From a virus, in the IMG/VR virus record IMGVR_UViG_3300030102_006178, positions 1 through 64,000 of that record: DNA of 64,000 nucleotides; one strand, given 5' to 3'. The number at the start of each line of letters is the position of its first letter. Within the stretch, counting starts at the first letter, position 1. Positions 1-8,265 of the stretch are shown here, one piece after another. Below the pieces are notes generated by a model. That model was given only the letters and a program-made list of their open reading frames with translations. It did no database searches and was not told where the DNA came from. The position numbers were made by a program, and so were the translations under genes.

Positions 1-1005
1 TCTTCAATGAATTGGCTCGCTCAGAGCGCCAACGGGTCTGCTATTATTAAACTTTTTTATGGCTCCAACACGGCCCCTAATTCGAACGACGCTATTGACG
101 GAGCATTTGATTCTGGCGGCGATAGCCAGGCCTCCTCAAACGTCTCGGACATGACTTTTACAGCAAACCAAAACTGGGATCCTGGCGAGATAACTTTGAC
201 TGCTCTGGCTGATTATAGTACAGCTGGGCACAAGTTATACTTTTCTATTCTACCGGCTAGTAACCAAAAGATCTTGTCACAAGCGGGAACAAGCATGCTT
301 CACTTTAGTGTTACCAATAGCAATGGGGCAGACCCGAGCGCATTTTTAAGTATGGTGATCGACGCAATTTCTGCCGCTAAGAACGATTCCGGAGATCTCA
401 ACGTCTTTGATTCAGATAATTGGTCTGGTTCGAGTGCCACCACTACTGGAGACTTTGCACACTACTGCCTACCGACAGGCATTACTTTAACAGAAAGCAC
501 AGGGACATTCCAGGTCTCTAATGGTGGAATATACTTTATTATATGGAACATGAACCTTAGTACTAGCTCCTCCGGAACAAGAGCATTAAAGATATTAAAG
601 AATGATTCTAATATTTATGAAAAGCAATGGACAATTAATGCTGCTGTAGATCCTCAAGAGAATTCATGTATTGCAATGCTCGACTTAAACTCCGGAGATA
701 CATTAAAATTTATGATAAACAATATTAGAGGCTCCGGTGGTGGGAGCGGCCTTATGTTTGAACCTCATGTAACGATTTTTAAAGTAGATGATGTCGCATC
801 CCACACTCTCCAGTATGGAAAGACTGCGTCTAACATTGTTGGAGACGACTATACGATCAATACCATGGAAGAAAACAACATGGGAGCGCAATACGACAGA
901 GCATCAGGTCAATTACCTCTCTCTCTGGCGCAGAGAGGTCCAAGAAACTTAAGAGGAAGAGCAGCCTCTTATACAACGACTTTAGGCGGTAAAAGTAAGA
1001 AGTAA
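1..1005 (+). CDS. Virion fibre/decoration protein with C1q/TNF-like (BclA C-terminal-like) domain; probably 5'-truncated
   Basis: Frame is open from base 1; S/T/G/N-rich; C1q-like signature FQVSNGGIYFIIWN...KILKND...MLDLNSGDTLKFMI. Confidence 0.55.
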   Translation, partial: SSMNWLAQSANGSAIIKLFYGSNTAPNSNDAIDGAFDSGGDSQASSNVSDMTFTANQNWDPGEITLTALADYSTAGHKLYFSILPASNQKILSQAGTSMLHFSVTNSNGADPSAFLSMVIDAISAAKNDSGDLNVFDSDNWSGSSATTTGDFAHYCLPTGITLTESTGTFQVSNGGIYFIIWNMNLSTSSSGTRALKILKNDSNIYEKQWTINAAVDPQENSCIAMLDLNSGDTLKFMINNIRGSGGGSGLMFEPHVTIFKVDDVASHTLQYGKTASNIVGDDYTINTMEENNMGAQYDRASGQLPLSLAQRGPRNLRGRAASYTTTLGGKSKK

Positions 1006-1015
1006 CTATTTATAG
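1005..1015 (+). promoter_or_regulatory. Putative phage late promoter motif ACTATTTATAG
   Basis: Motif recurs in intergenic gaps; the 1029 start lies just downstream, after a GAGG RBS. Confidence 0.6.
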
Positions 1016-1028
1016 TGAGGTTTAATAA

Positions 1029-1349
1029 ATGACTGATCTTAATCGAATCACCAGACGCTTTATAATGGGTGAATCAAAAAAGGTTTCAAATGGGGCTGTG
1101 ATACAAGCGCTCATTGAGATTATAAGCTCCCTAAAGCCAAAAACAATTACAGAAAAAAATAAAATAGCCATGGCGTCTAGACATCTAAAGGAAATAAAGT
1201 ATTCTTTTAGAAAGCTAGAGGAGCAAGTGACATCTCTACAAGAACAGGTTAAAATGCTAGAAGAAATTTCTTCCATGGCAGCTGGTTCTGTCGAGGGGGC
1301 TGTTGGGGTCTCTTCTAAAAAGAAAAAGAAAGAAGGATTAATAAGATGA
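1029..1349 (+). CDS. Hypothetical coiled-coil protein (possible internal head protein)
   Basis: RBS GAGG; heptad stretch LEEQVTSLQEQVKMLEE; overlaps next gene (ATGA). Confidence 0.7.
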   Translation: MTDLNRITRRFIMGESKKVSNGAVIQALIEIISSLKPKTITEKNKIAMASRHLKEIKYSFRKLEEQVTSLQEQVKMLEEISSMAAGSVEGAVGVSSKKKKKEGLIR

Positions 1350-2230
1350 CAAAGATTTCTGATATCAAGAGAACCATTGAGACTATGTTAAATGAACAAG
1401 ACAGTTCATTTAAGAAAAATCTAAATGAAGAAAAGAATCTATTTGCTTCATATATAAGACATTGTATATATGAAGCAAGACTCAAGAACCACAGTAATTT
1501 AGAAAAAGAGCAAATAATAAGATCTTATATAAAGTCCTTTCTTTTAGAATCTGAAGCTGTAGGCGGTTCTCCTGACGCCCCCTCAGAGATCACAGCAATA
1601 AACTTTTTGAAGAACCTTCTTAAGAGTATTATACCTACTACTGAAGAGGGATACAAGGAACTTACTTCTGCAAAGACACAAAGAATTTCTTTTAGAAGGC
1701 ACATACTTAACGCAACAGATAACTTGTTAAAAAATCTGGATGCCGACCCTGATGCTGTTGAGAGTGGGAATCAAGAGCTTGGTGAATTAAGTCTTTCTGT
1801 CAATCCATCAGAAAAGCCAGAGGGCTTTATAGACATATATGGAGACGACACAGCAGGCGATGAGCAAGAGCTAGATCCAGAGCAAGAGTTTGCAAGAGGC
1901 TTAGAAGATAAGAACCTCGATAATACTGGAAGAAATGCCGCATTTGAGGTATTTAAGAAGATCAAAAACCAAATTGAAAACGAATATTCAAAACTAGATC
2001 CTGATGCGGTTGTCGATGGCAGGGAGGAAACAGAAAGAGAAATATTTAAAGACTACCTGCTACTTAATTTAAAGCTTTACTTTGATAAGTTTGAAGAGGA
2101 ACTAGGGCCGGGACCAGCAGAGCCGTCTACTCCATCGGAAGACGAGTTTAGGAGAATGGACCAGGCAGACGCTGCGAGTCCAGAAGGCGCTGGGGACGAG
2201 CTAATCCCGCCAGAGCAAGCAGGGATGTGA
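1346..2230 (+). CDS. Acidic hypothetical protein with repeated IRxxIxxxLxE helices (possible internal head protein)
   Basis: 294-aa ORF coupled to its neighbours; motifs IKRTIETMLNE, IRHCIYE, IRSYIKSFLLE. Confidence 0.75.
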   Translation: MTKISDIKRTIETMLNEQDSSFKKNLNEEKNLFASYIRHCIYEARLKNHSNLEKEQIIRSYIKSFLLESEAVGGSPDAPSEITAINFLKNLLKSIIPTTEEGYKELTSAKTQRISFRRHILNATDNLLKNLDADPDAVESGNQELGELSLSVNPSEKPEGFIDIYGDDTAGDEQELDPEQEFARGLEDKNLDNTGRNAAFEVFKKIKNQIENEYSKLDPDAVVDGREETEREIFKDYLLLNLKLYFDKFEEELGPGPAEPSTPSEDEFRRMDQADAASPEGAGDELIPPEQAGM

Positions 2231-2604
2231 TGGCTTGGAAAACAAAGAAAGAGTTTAATTCTAAGACAAAGTATTTTAGTTTAGCAAATAAGTTAAGGAA
2301 AGAAAAGAAAATAAATAGAGAGTTTGAATCTCAAATAAGTAATCTTACTTTAGAAGAGCTAATAGGTTTAAAACTTGAATTATCAACAAAAGCAGTAGAC
2401 AATAGATTATATAATTTGCCTATATGGCATAGCCTAGTTAACATAGTACAAGAAGCGGTTCTATCATATGCTTTCTCAGCTACAAGAACTAAAAGAGAAG
2501 CTATGAGATTTATAGGACTAAACGAAAGAATGATCTATAAACTAAAAGATAAGTATGATATAAACGCTATTTTGGAAGAAATTGAAAATGATGAGCAATT
2601 ATGA
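2230..2604 (+). CDS. Fis-like helix-turn-helix protein
   Basis: C-terminus VLSYAFSATRTKREAMRFIGLNERMIYKLKDKYDI fits the Fis/HTH_8 pattern (AL..tgN..kAA.lLGI.r.tLy.KlkkYgi). Confidence 0.55.
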   Translation: MAWKTKKEFNSKTKYFSLANKLRKEKKINREFESQISNLTLEELIGLKLELSTKAVDNRLYNLPIWHSLVNIVQEAVLSYAFSATRTKREAMRFIGLNERMIYKLKDKYDINAILEEIENDEQL

Positions 2605-2848
2605 GGTATTAGCAAAATCATTAATATGGAGATTCTGTGTCTCAATACCAGTGAGTTTGTTCATAACTTATCTCTTTTTAGGATCTCTCATGGGGTCTAT
2701 CGCACTAACAGCGACAGCAAACTTTGTAGGTACAGTTCTATATTATTTATTTGACATTTTTTGGTTTTCTTATTTAGGGGATGCCTTGGGTTTCGACAGG
2801 GTAGTTGAAGAGGATAGTGCAGGCAGTCGTGATGACTTAAAAAATTAA
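2588..2848 (+). CDS. DUF2061-like small membrane protein; 3' end overlaps the tmRNA
   Basis: LAKSLIWRFCVS...ITYLFLGSL..SIALTA...VGTVLYYLFDIFW fits the DUF2061 pattern; two hydrophobic helices. Confidence 0.6.
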   Translation: MMSNYEVLAKSLIWRFCVSIPVSLFITYLFLGSLMGSIALTATANFVGTVLYYLFDIFWFSYLGDALGFDRVVEEDSAGSRDDLKN

Positions 2849-3133
2849 AACAAACTAGTTGCCAACAACAACGCACACTTTGATTCCGTCCGCCTAGCGG
2901 CTTAATCAGGGAGGCTGACCAGGGCCTTCTATCCAATCTGGTCAACACAACAGACAAGTTGTAAAAATCAAAATGGTTACCCTACTTGTAGTAGGTGGAG
3001 CTTTTCGGTGATAAAAGCTGGTTGATGTGTTAACGCCTATACTTGCTTGTGAGTGAAAGCAACACAAGCCAAGCCTGTGGATGACTTGAATTGAATTTTA
3101 TTCTGGACGCGGGTTCGACTCCCGCCATCTCCA
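2777..3133 (+). ncRNA. ssrA: tmRNA (SsrA); tag peptide ANNNAHFDSVRLAA* encoded at 2861-2905
   Basis: 5' GGGGATG pairs with 3' CATCTCC-A, including the G3:U70 alanyl determinant; GGTTTCGAC D-loop; T-arm GCGGG-TTCGACT-CCCGC; TAGTT-GCC resume context; tag ends LAA; CCA not encoded. Confidence 0.96.
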
Positions 3134-3150
3134 TTTCATAAAGGTGAACT

Positions 3151-3447
3151 ATGGACAAAAGAAAAATCAGAAAAGAAAACATAAAAAGAAAGATGATGAA
3201 GTTTTACCAGGACAATCCATGTGTTGATTGTGGCGAGACAGACCCTCGTGTTCTAGACTTTGATCACATCAATAATAAAAAGTACAACGTCAGTACCCTT
3301 CTGAGAAAAGAATATTCTTGGGACTCGATATTGAAAGAGGCTTCAAAGTGTGAAGTTAGGTGCGCTAACTGTCACAGAAAGAAAACAGCAATAGAACAAG
3401 AACATTACACAAATCGCCTCCTAGGAGAATTCTTTGCCTATTTATAG
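3151..3447 (+). CDS. Small HNH endonuclease
   Basis: CVDCGE..P.VLDFDH ... KCEVRCANCHRKKT, a zinc-binding HNH signature. Confidence 0.85.
   Translation: MDKRKIRKENIKRKMMKFYQDNPCVDCGETDPRVLDFDHINNKKYNVSTLLRKEYSWDSILKEASKCEVRCANCHRKKTAIEQEHYTNRLLGEFFAYL
3437..3447 (+). promoter_or_regulatory. Putative late promoter CCTATTTATAG
   Basis: Copy of the recurrent motif shortly upstream of ATG 3464. Confidence 0.5.
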
Positions 3448-3463
3448 TGGGGGTGTAAATTGT

Positions 3464-3625
3464 ATGAAGCATATAATAAAATTTGAAGCTGGCTTATTGC
3501 TTGGTACGTTATTTGGGGCTGTCATATCTGCGATAGTGTGCTCACTTGCTTATGAAGTGTTAGGTTACGAGTCAATCGACGCAGATATGATTCAGCGATG
3601 CATAAAGGAGAGTTTAAATGAGTAA
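3464..3625 (+). CDS. Small single-TM hypothetical protein
   Basis: Hydrophobic segment AGLLLGTLFGAVISAIVCSLAY; ATG at 3464 follows a GGGGG tract. Confidence 0.55.
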   Translation: MKHIIKFEAGLLLGTLFGAVISAIVCSLAYEVLGYESIDADMIQRCIKESLNE

Positions 3626-3887
3626 CTTTTATCAGCAGAGAACTTATATGGTAAAAAAGGGCACTGTTGGTTACGGTAGTGTAATGGGTCATTACAACTT
3701 CTTCTATCCGGAGGAAAAGTTGGAGTGTGTCTTCCTTTCTGACTGTATTATCAGAAAATTTAAGTGGATGGGATATAAAAATTTTGTAGCCATAACAGCC
3801 CCAAAAGGCTTTGTTGCAGGAGAGACTCTTGAGTACAAAGGCTATGAAGTTCTGTGGGTTAAACTAGAAGATATAGAAGCCTATTAA
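3618..3887 (+). CDS. Hypothetical protein
   Basis: AAGGAG RBS; 89-aa ORF. Confidence 0.65.
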   Translation: MSNFYQQRTYMVKKGTVGYGSVMGHYNFFYPEEKLECVFLSDCIIRKFKWMGYKNFVAITAPKGFVAGETLEYKGYEVLWVKLEDIEAY

Positions 3888-3897
3888 CTACTTATAG
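3887..3897 (+). promoter_or_regulatory. Putative late promoter ACTACTTATAG
   Basis: Motif variant in the gap before phoH. Confidence 0.55.
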
Positions 3898-3921
3898 TAG
3901 AGCCCAAGGGGATTTAATTAC

Positions 3922-5277
3922 ATGGCCAAAAGAACATATGTGCTTGATACTAGCGTTTGTTTAACTGATGCAAACTGCATTTTTAATTACGGAAATAATG
4001 ACATAGTGATTCCGTTAAAAGTTCTTGAAGAAATTGACAAGCACAAAAAGAGGCAGGATAGCGTTGGGATCAACGCTAGAAAAATTATACGCTCTTTGGA
4101 TGAGTTGAGGGCGAAAGGGTCTCTACAGAAAGGAATAAGACTTGGTAAAGGAAAGGGCATCCTAAGAGCCTCCGGAGGAGACCCTTCTGCTATTCCTTTC
4201 GATCTTGACTTCAAGGTGCCAGATCATGAGATAATTTCTTGTGCTCTGGCCGAAGACAAGACAAATGGCTCAAGAAAAACTGTCCTAGTTAGCAGAGACA
4301 TCAACATGAGGGTTATATGTGACTCTCTTGGTGTCTTGAGCGAAGACTATACTGAAAACGAAGTAATAAAGACAGACTCTGAAATGTATTCTGGATTTGC
4401 TACAATTCTTGTAGACGACCAGGTTATCGATCAGTTTTATGAGGGCAAAAGGGTCAAAGTGCCAGATGACGAAAAGTCTGAACTTTTCCCAAATCAATTT
4501 GTAATGCTCGTCTCCAGTTCCAATGAAAAGAAAACTGCCTTATGTAGATACATTGATCACATGTTCCCTCTGGCCCCCGTGGTGCAATACAAGGAAGGAC
4601 TGTGGGGAGTCACGGCAAGGAACAAGGAACAGATGTTTGCCATAGATTTACTTATGGACCCTGAGATACAAGTCGTATCTCTTGTGGGTCAAGCAGGATC
4701 TGGTAAGACTCTTATAGCGATTGCAGCAGGCCTAGAGCAGGTCATGGCGAACGCAGACATGAAGTACGGCTTAAGGGAGCTAGACGGCACTGCGACAGGC
4801 TACAAGCGCCTTGTCGTGTCCAGACCAGTTATGCCGATGGGTAAGGATATTGGATTTTTGCCTGGAACCATGGAAGAGAAGATGGCACCGTGGCTAGCCC
4901 CAGTTCAAGATAACTTGAAGTTTTTGACTGGAAATGACCAAACAACTCTTGATGAGTATATGTCTCGCGGAATAATTGAGATTGAAGCTCTTACATATAT
5001 TCGTGGTAGATCAATCGCAAATGCATTTATTATTATTGATGAAGCACAAAACTTGACAGCACACGAGATAAAGACTATACTAACAAGAGTAGGCGAAGGA
5101 ACAAAGATAGTGTTAACTGGCGACATTGAGCAGATTGATAACATTTACATCAACGAAATGTCTTCTGGCCTAACGCATGCTGTTGAGAAAATGAAGTTCC
5201 ACGGCATCACTGGGCACGTCACCTTGAGGAAGGGTGAGAGATCTGAAGTCGCAACGCTTGCTGCAAAGGTATTATAA
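3922..5277 (+). CDS. phoH: PIN-domain PhoH-family ATPase (PhoH2/YlaK-like)
   Basis: N-terminal PIN (YVLDTSV, VLEEIDK, D..I, SRD.NMR); Walker A GQAGSGKT; GFLPG; YIRGRS; IIDEAQN; TR.GEGTKIVLTGD..QID. Confidence 0.93.
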   Translation: MAKRTYVLDTSVCLTDANCIFNYGNNDIVIPLKVLEEIDKHKKRQDSVGINARKIIRSLDELRAKGSLQKGIRLGKGKGILRASGGDPSAIPFDLDFKVPDHEIISCALAEDKTNGSRKTVLVSRDINMRVICDSLGVLSEDYTENEVIKTDSEMYSGFATILVDDQVIDQFYEGKRVKVPDDEKSELFPNQFVMLVSSSNEKKTALCRYIDHMFPLAPVVQYKEGLWGVTARNKEQMFAIDLLMDPEIQVVSLVGQAGSGKTLIAIAAGLEQVMANADMKYGLRELDGTATGYKRLVVSRPVMPMGKDIGFLPGTMEEKMAPWLAPVQDNLKFLTGNDQTTLDEYMSRGIIEIEALTYIRGRSIANAFIIIDEAQNLTAHEIKTILTRVGEGTKIVLTGDIEQIDNIYINEMSSGLTHAVEKMKFHGITGHVTLRKGERSEVATLAAKVL

Positions 5278-5289
5278 CAGAGGTTTTAT

Positions 5290-5538
5290 ATGAGTTTTGA
5301 GATAGGTTGGCCCGAAGAAGAGAGTTATAGTTCTGAAATAGATGACAAGACGACAGAACTAAAGTCGATGGTGGTTCAATATGTCGGCAATAGGCTCAGT
5401 CCAGAGGACGACAACGTCACTCTGGAGATGGTCATAGAAGTTCTTGCAGACGAGTTTCCAGAGGTTGTCCTAGCTCTTGCAGAAGAGAACTTTCTAAGAG
5501 GCTATGAGCAGGGCACAAGAGATGTGAGTACGTTTTAA
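5290..5538 (+). CDS. Conserved-looking hypothetical protein
   Basis: GAGG RBS; EFPEVVLALAEENFLRGYEQG. Confidence 0.7.
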   Translation: MSFEIGWPEEESYSSEIDDKTTELKSMVVQYVGNRLSPEDDNVTLEMVIEVLADEFPEVVLALAEENFLRGYEQGTRDVSTF

Positions 5539-5539
5539 A

Positions 5540-6220
5540 ATGATTAATTACATAAAAGAAAGCTCCTCTAAGGCAAAGAGAAGTCTGGATCAATATTCCT
5601 TGTTTCAAGTCACTCCAATTTACATAAAAGACGCTTTATCTGATGGGGTCGATATATTAAAGGTGATAGATAAGGTCGAGTCGACAGTGCCTCAACACAC
5701 CATGCAAGGGGTTGAAGCAGTCTATGTTGGGCACTTTAAGGAGTTTGATGACAGAGGCATCAACGCGATGTTTAGAGATGGGGCAATTTATGTCTCAAAT
5801 ATACAAGATGATGAAGCAGACATGATTGATGACATCATTCATGAGATTGCCCACGCGGTGGAAGAAACCTATGCCGCAGATATCTACGGTAGTGGAGAAA
5901 TACAAAGAGAGTTCATTGGCAAAAGGAAAAGACTAGAAAGTCTGATGTCAGAGTACGGATACCTAGATAATGCAAATATTGATTTTACCGATATAGAATA
6001 CTCTAGAGATTTTGATCTCTTTATGTGTGATGAGATAGGTTATGAAAAGTTAACCAACTTAGCTTTTGGCATATTCCTCCGCCCCTACGCAGTTACAGAC
6101 ATAAGAGAGTATTTTGCCACATCTTTTGAGGAATATCTATATGGCGATAGAAAGTACCTTTCCACCATAAGCCCAGTTGCATATAAAAAGGTACATTTAG
6201 TTTGTACTGGTGAGGTGTAG
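5540..6220 (+). CDS. Zincin metallopeptidase-like protein
   Basis: HEIAH (HExxH) plus a downstream REYFA third-ligand motif. Confidence 0.65.
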   Translation: MINYIKESSSKAKRSLDQYSLFQVTPIYIKDALSDGVDILKVIDKVESTVPQHTMQGVEAVYVGHFKEFDDRGINAMFRDGAIYVSNIQDDEADMIDDIIHEIAHAVEETYAADIYGSGEIQREFIGKRKRLESLMSEYGYLDNANIDFTDIEYSRDFDLFMCDEIGYEKLTNLAFGIFLRPYAVTDIREYFATSFEEYLYGDRKYLSTISPVAYKKVHLVCTGEV

Positions 6221-7001
6221 GTTGCCACACATATCATATTCTGAGCTTCGTAACTGGCAAGAATGCACCTGGAGGCATAAGCTTCTTTACATAGATAAGC
6301 TCAGTGTCCCGCAAGGCTCAGAGCACACTTGCTTTGGTACTGCTGTGCACGACACAGTTGAGCTTATGCTTCTAGGTAAGCTAGGCGATGAGCAGCTATA
6401 TCCAAACTTTCATAAAAAGTTTACAGAAGAACTCAAAGCTATAGGAATAGAAGAAGATACGCAGCTAGCAAAGGATATGAGACACCAAGTCAATGGCATT
6501 TTTGAGGCGATTAGGCCAGCAATCGCCTCATATTTTGAGGACAAAGGTGGCTGGAGTGTTGTAGCCGCAGAAGAATCTCTGATGGAGCCCATACAGGAAT
6601 CTAGAGTTAAGGACTATAACTTTAAAGGCTTTATAGATTTAATCCTTAAAGATGGAAATGGACATTTTCATGTTATAGATTGGAAAACTTGCTCATGGGG
6701 CTGGAATGCTAGAAAGAAGAGTGACATCCTCTATACAAGACAACTTGTTTTATACAAGCATTATTATGCAAAAAAGTACAATCTCAATCCAAGAGCAATA
6801 TCTGTTCATTTTGGGCTGATCAAGAGAACAGCTAAGAAAAATAGAATAGAATTGTTTAGAGTCACAAGTGGCGAAAGAAAAACGAAAAATTCACTTGACT
6901 TTATGGACAAAATGCTTTATAATGTTACGAACAAACGATTTATTAAAAATCGTCTATCTTGCAAGTGGTGCCCCTTTAGCGGCACTGAACATTGTTCATG
7001 A
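6210..7001 (+). CDS. PD-(D/E)XK exonuclease, Cas4/RecB/AddB-like (likely start TTG 6222)
   Basis: ISYS..WQEC, FGTAVH, GFIDLI, VIDWKT, QLVLY, and C-terminal CKWCPF....C (4-Cys Fe-S staple). Confidence 0.85.
   Translation: MRCRLPHISYSELRNWQECTWRHKLLYIDKLSVPQGSEHTCFGTAVHDTVELMLLGKLGDEQLYPNFHKKFTEELKAIGIEEDTQLAKDMRHQVNGIFEAIRPAIASYFEDKGGWSVVAAEESLMEPIQESRVKDYNFKGFIDLILKDGNGHFHVIDWKTCSWGWNARKKSDILYTRQLVLYKHYYAKKYNLNPRAISVHFGLIKRTAKKNRIELFRVTSGERKTKNSLDFMDKMLYNVTNKRFIKNRLSCKWCPFSGTEHCS
6895..6923 (+). promoter_or_regulatory. Sigma70-type promoter TTGACT-N17-TATAAT upstream of the glycosyltransferase cluster
   Basis: -35 at 6895-6900, 17-nt spacer, perfect -10 at 6918-6923; 85 nt before ATG 7009. 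Confidence 0.7.
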
Positions 7002-7008
7002 GGATTTA

Positions 7009-8265
7009 ATGAAAAAGAAAATAAAGGTCTTGACATTGTCAGACCACCCCCTATCACCCTCAGGGGTTGGCACTCAGACCAAGTATTTTATTGAAGCTCT
7101 CCTTAGAACAGGAAAGTTTCAATTTATTTGTTTAGGGGGTGCAGTAAAGCACAAGAGCTATGAACCACAAAAGGTTTCTCCGTTTGAAGACGATTGGACA
7201 ATAATACCAATTGATGGATACGGAGATGCTCAAAAAATTAGATCGATCATCAGAAACGAAAAGCCAGATATCTTATGGTTTATGACAGATCCGCGCTTCT
7301 ACGAATGGCTATGGTTTATAGAAAACGAGATTAGACCTATTATGCCAATGGTATATTACCATGTCTGGGACAACCACCCTGCGCCTGTGTTTAACAGGCC
7401 ATTCTATCTATCAAACGACTTAATTGTCTCTATCTCCAAGGTTACACATGAAATTGTATCGGAAGCTGCTCCGGAAGTGGCGAACATTTACCACCCCCAT
7501 GCGGTTGATCCTGCTATATTTAGGCCAGTTTCTCAGGATGAGATAGACTCCATGAGAGAGAAGAACCTACAAGGGAATAAAGATAAGGTAGTGTTTTTCT
7601 GGAACAATAGGAACGCAAGAAGAAAGCAGAGTGGTTCCCTTGTTTTCTGGTTCAACGAGTGGGCAGATAAAGTTGGTAGAGACAAGGTTTGTCTCATCAT
7701 GCATACAGATCCGCATGATGTGCACGGGCAACCTCTAGAGCACTTAATTGAGCATGTTGGTAACGATGGTACTATCATGATATCTAACACTAAGGTGCCG
7801 CCCAACATACTTGCAAATATGTACAATATGTCCGATTGCACCATTAACATTTCTGATGCGGAGGGGTTTGGACTAGCAACACTTGAGTCTCTTTCCTGCG
7901 GAACTCCAATCCTTGTTAATATGACTGGTGGGCTGCAAGAACAGGTAACAGACGGAGAAGATTGGTTTGGTATAGGCATACAGCCTGCCTCTAAGGCAGT
8001 CATCGGCTCCCAGCAAGTTCCATACATCTATGAAGACAGGATTAGCAAGGAAGACTTCCATGCTGCTCTAGACCGTATCTACGAGATGTCAAGCTCTGAA
8101 AGAAAGCAGCTTGGGATCAAGGGAAGGGAACACGTAGAGAAAAACTACAGTTTTGAGAAGTATTGTCAGGGCTGGGTTGATATTATGCTAGAGGTATATG
8201 AGCAGCATGGCTCCTGGGAAGAGCGCGAAGGGTATAAATCTTGGGACTTTAAGGAGATAGTATGA
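7009..8265 (+). CDS. Glycosyltransferase, GT-B fold (GT4-like)
   Basis: SDHP..PSGVG, NRNARRK, EGFGLATLESLSCGTP (EX7E); GAGGA RBS favours the 7009 start. Confidence 0.9.
   Translation: MKKKIKVLTLSDHPLSPSGVGTQTKYFIEALLRTGKFQFICLGGAVKHKSYEPQKVSPFEDDWTIIPIDGYGDAQKIRSIIRNEKPDILWFMTDPRFYEWLWFIENEIRPIMPMVYYHVWDNHPAPVFNRPFYLSNDLIVSISKVTHEIVSEAAPEVANIYHPHAVDPAIFRPVSQDEIDSMREKNLQGNKDKVVFFWNNRNARRKQSGSLVFWFNEWADKVGRDKVCLIMHTDPHDVHGQPLEHLIEHVGNDGTIMISNTKVPPNILANMYNMSDCTINISDAEGFGLATLESLSCGTPILVNMTGGLQEQVTDGEDWFGIGIQPASKAVIGSQQVPYIYEDRISKEDFHAALDRIYEMSSSERKQLGIKGREHVEKNYSFEKYCQGWVDIMLEVYEQHGSWEEREGYKSWDFKEIV

Noticed and set aside
2751-2776. TTGACA as the -35 of a tmRNA promoter
   Set aside because: There is no acceptable -10 at 16-18 nt spacing that would start transcription before the mature 5' end.
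3100-3150. tmRNA 3' end as a prophage or island attachment site
   Set aside because: No integrase and no duplicated 3' fragment were seen; the flanks on both sides are phage-like.
6210-7001. CRISPR-Cas locus suggested by the Cas4-like gene
   Set aside because: I saw no repeat-spacer array and no cas1/cas2 in the window.
6868-7008. Extended N-termini given by the ORF track (6868, 11032, 17396, 41000, 55681, 56695)
   Set aside because: Downstream starts (7009, 11086, 17438, 41057, 55699, 56719) have better RBS or coupling context and mostly avoid long overlaps.
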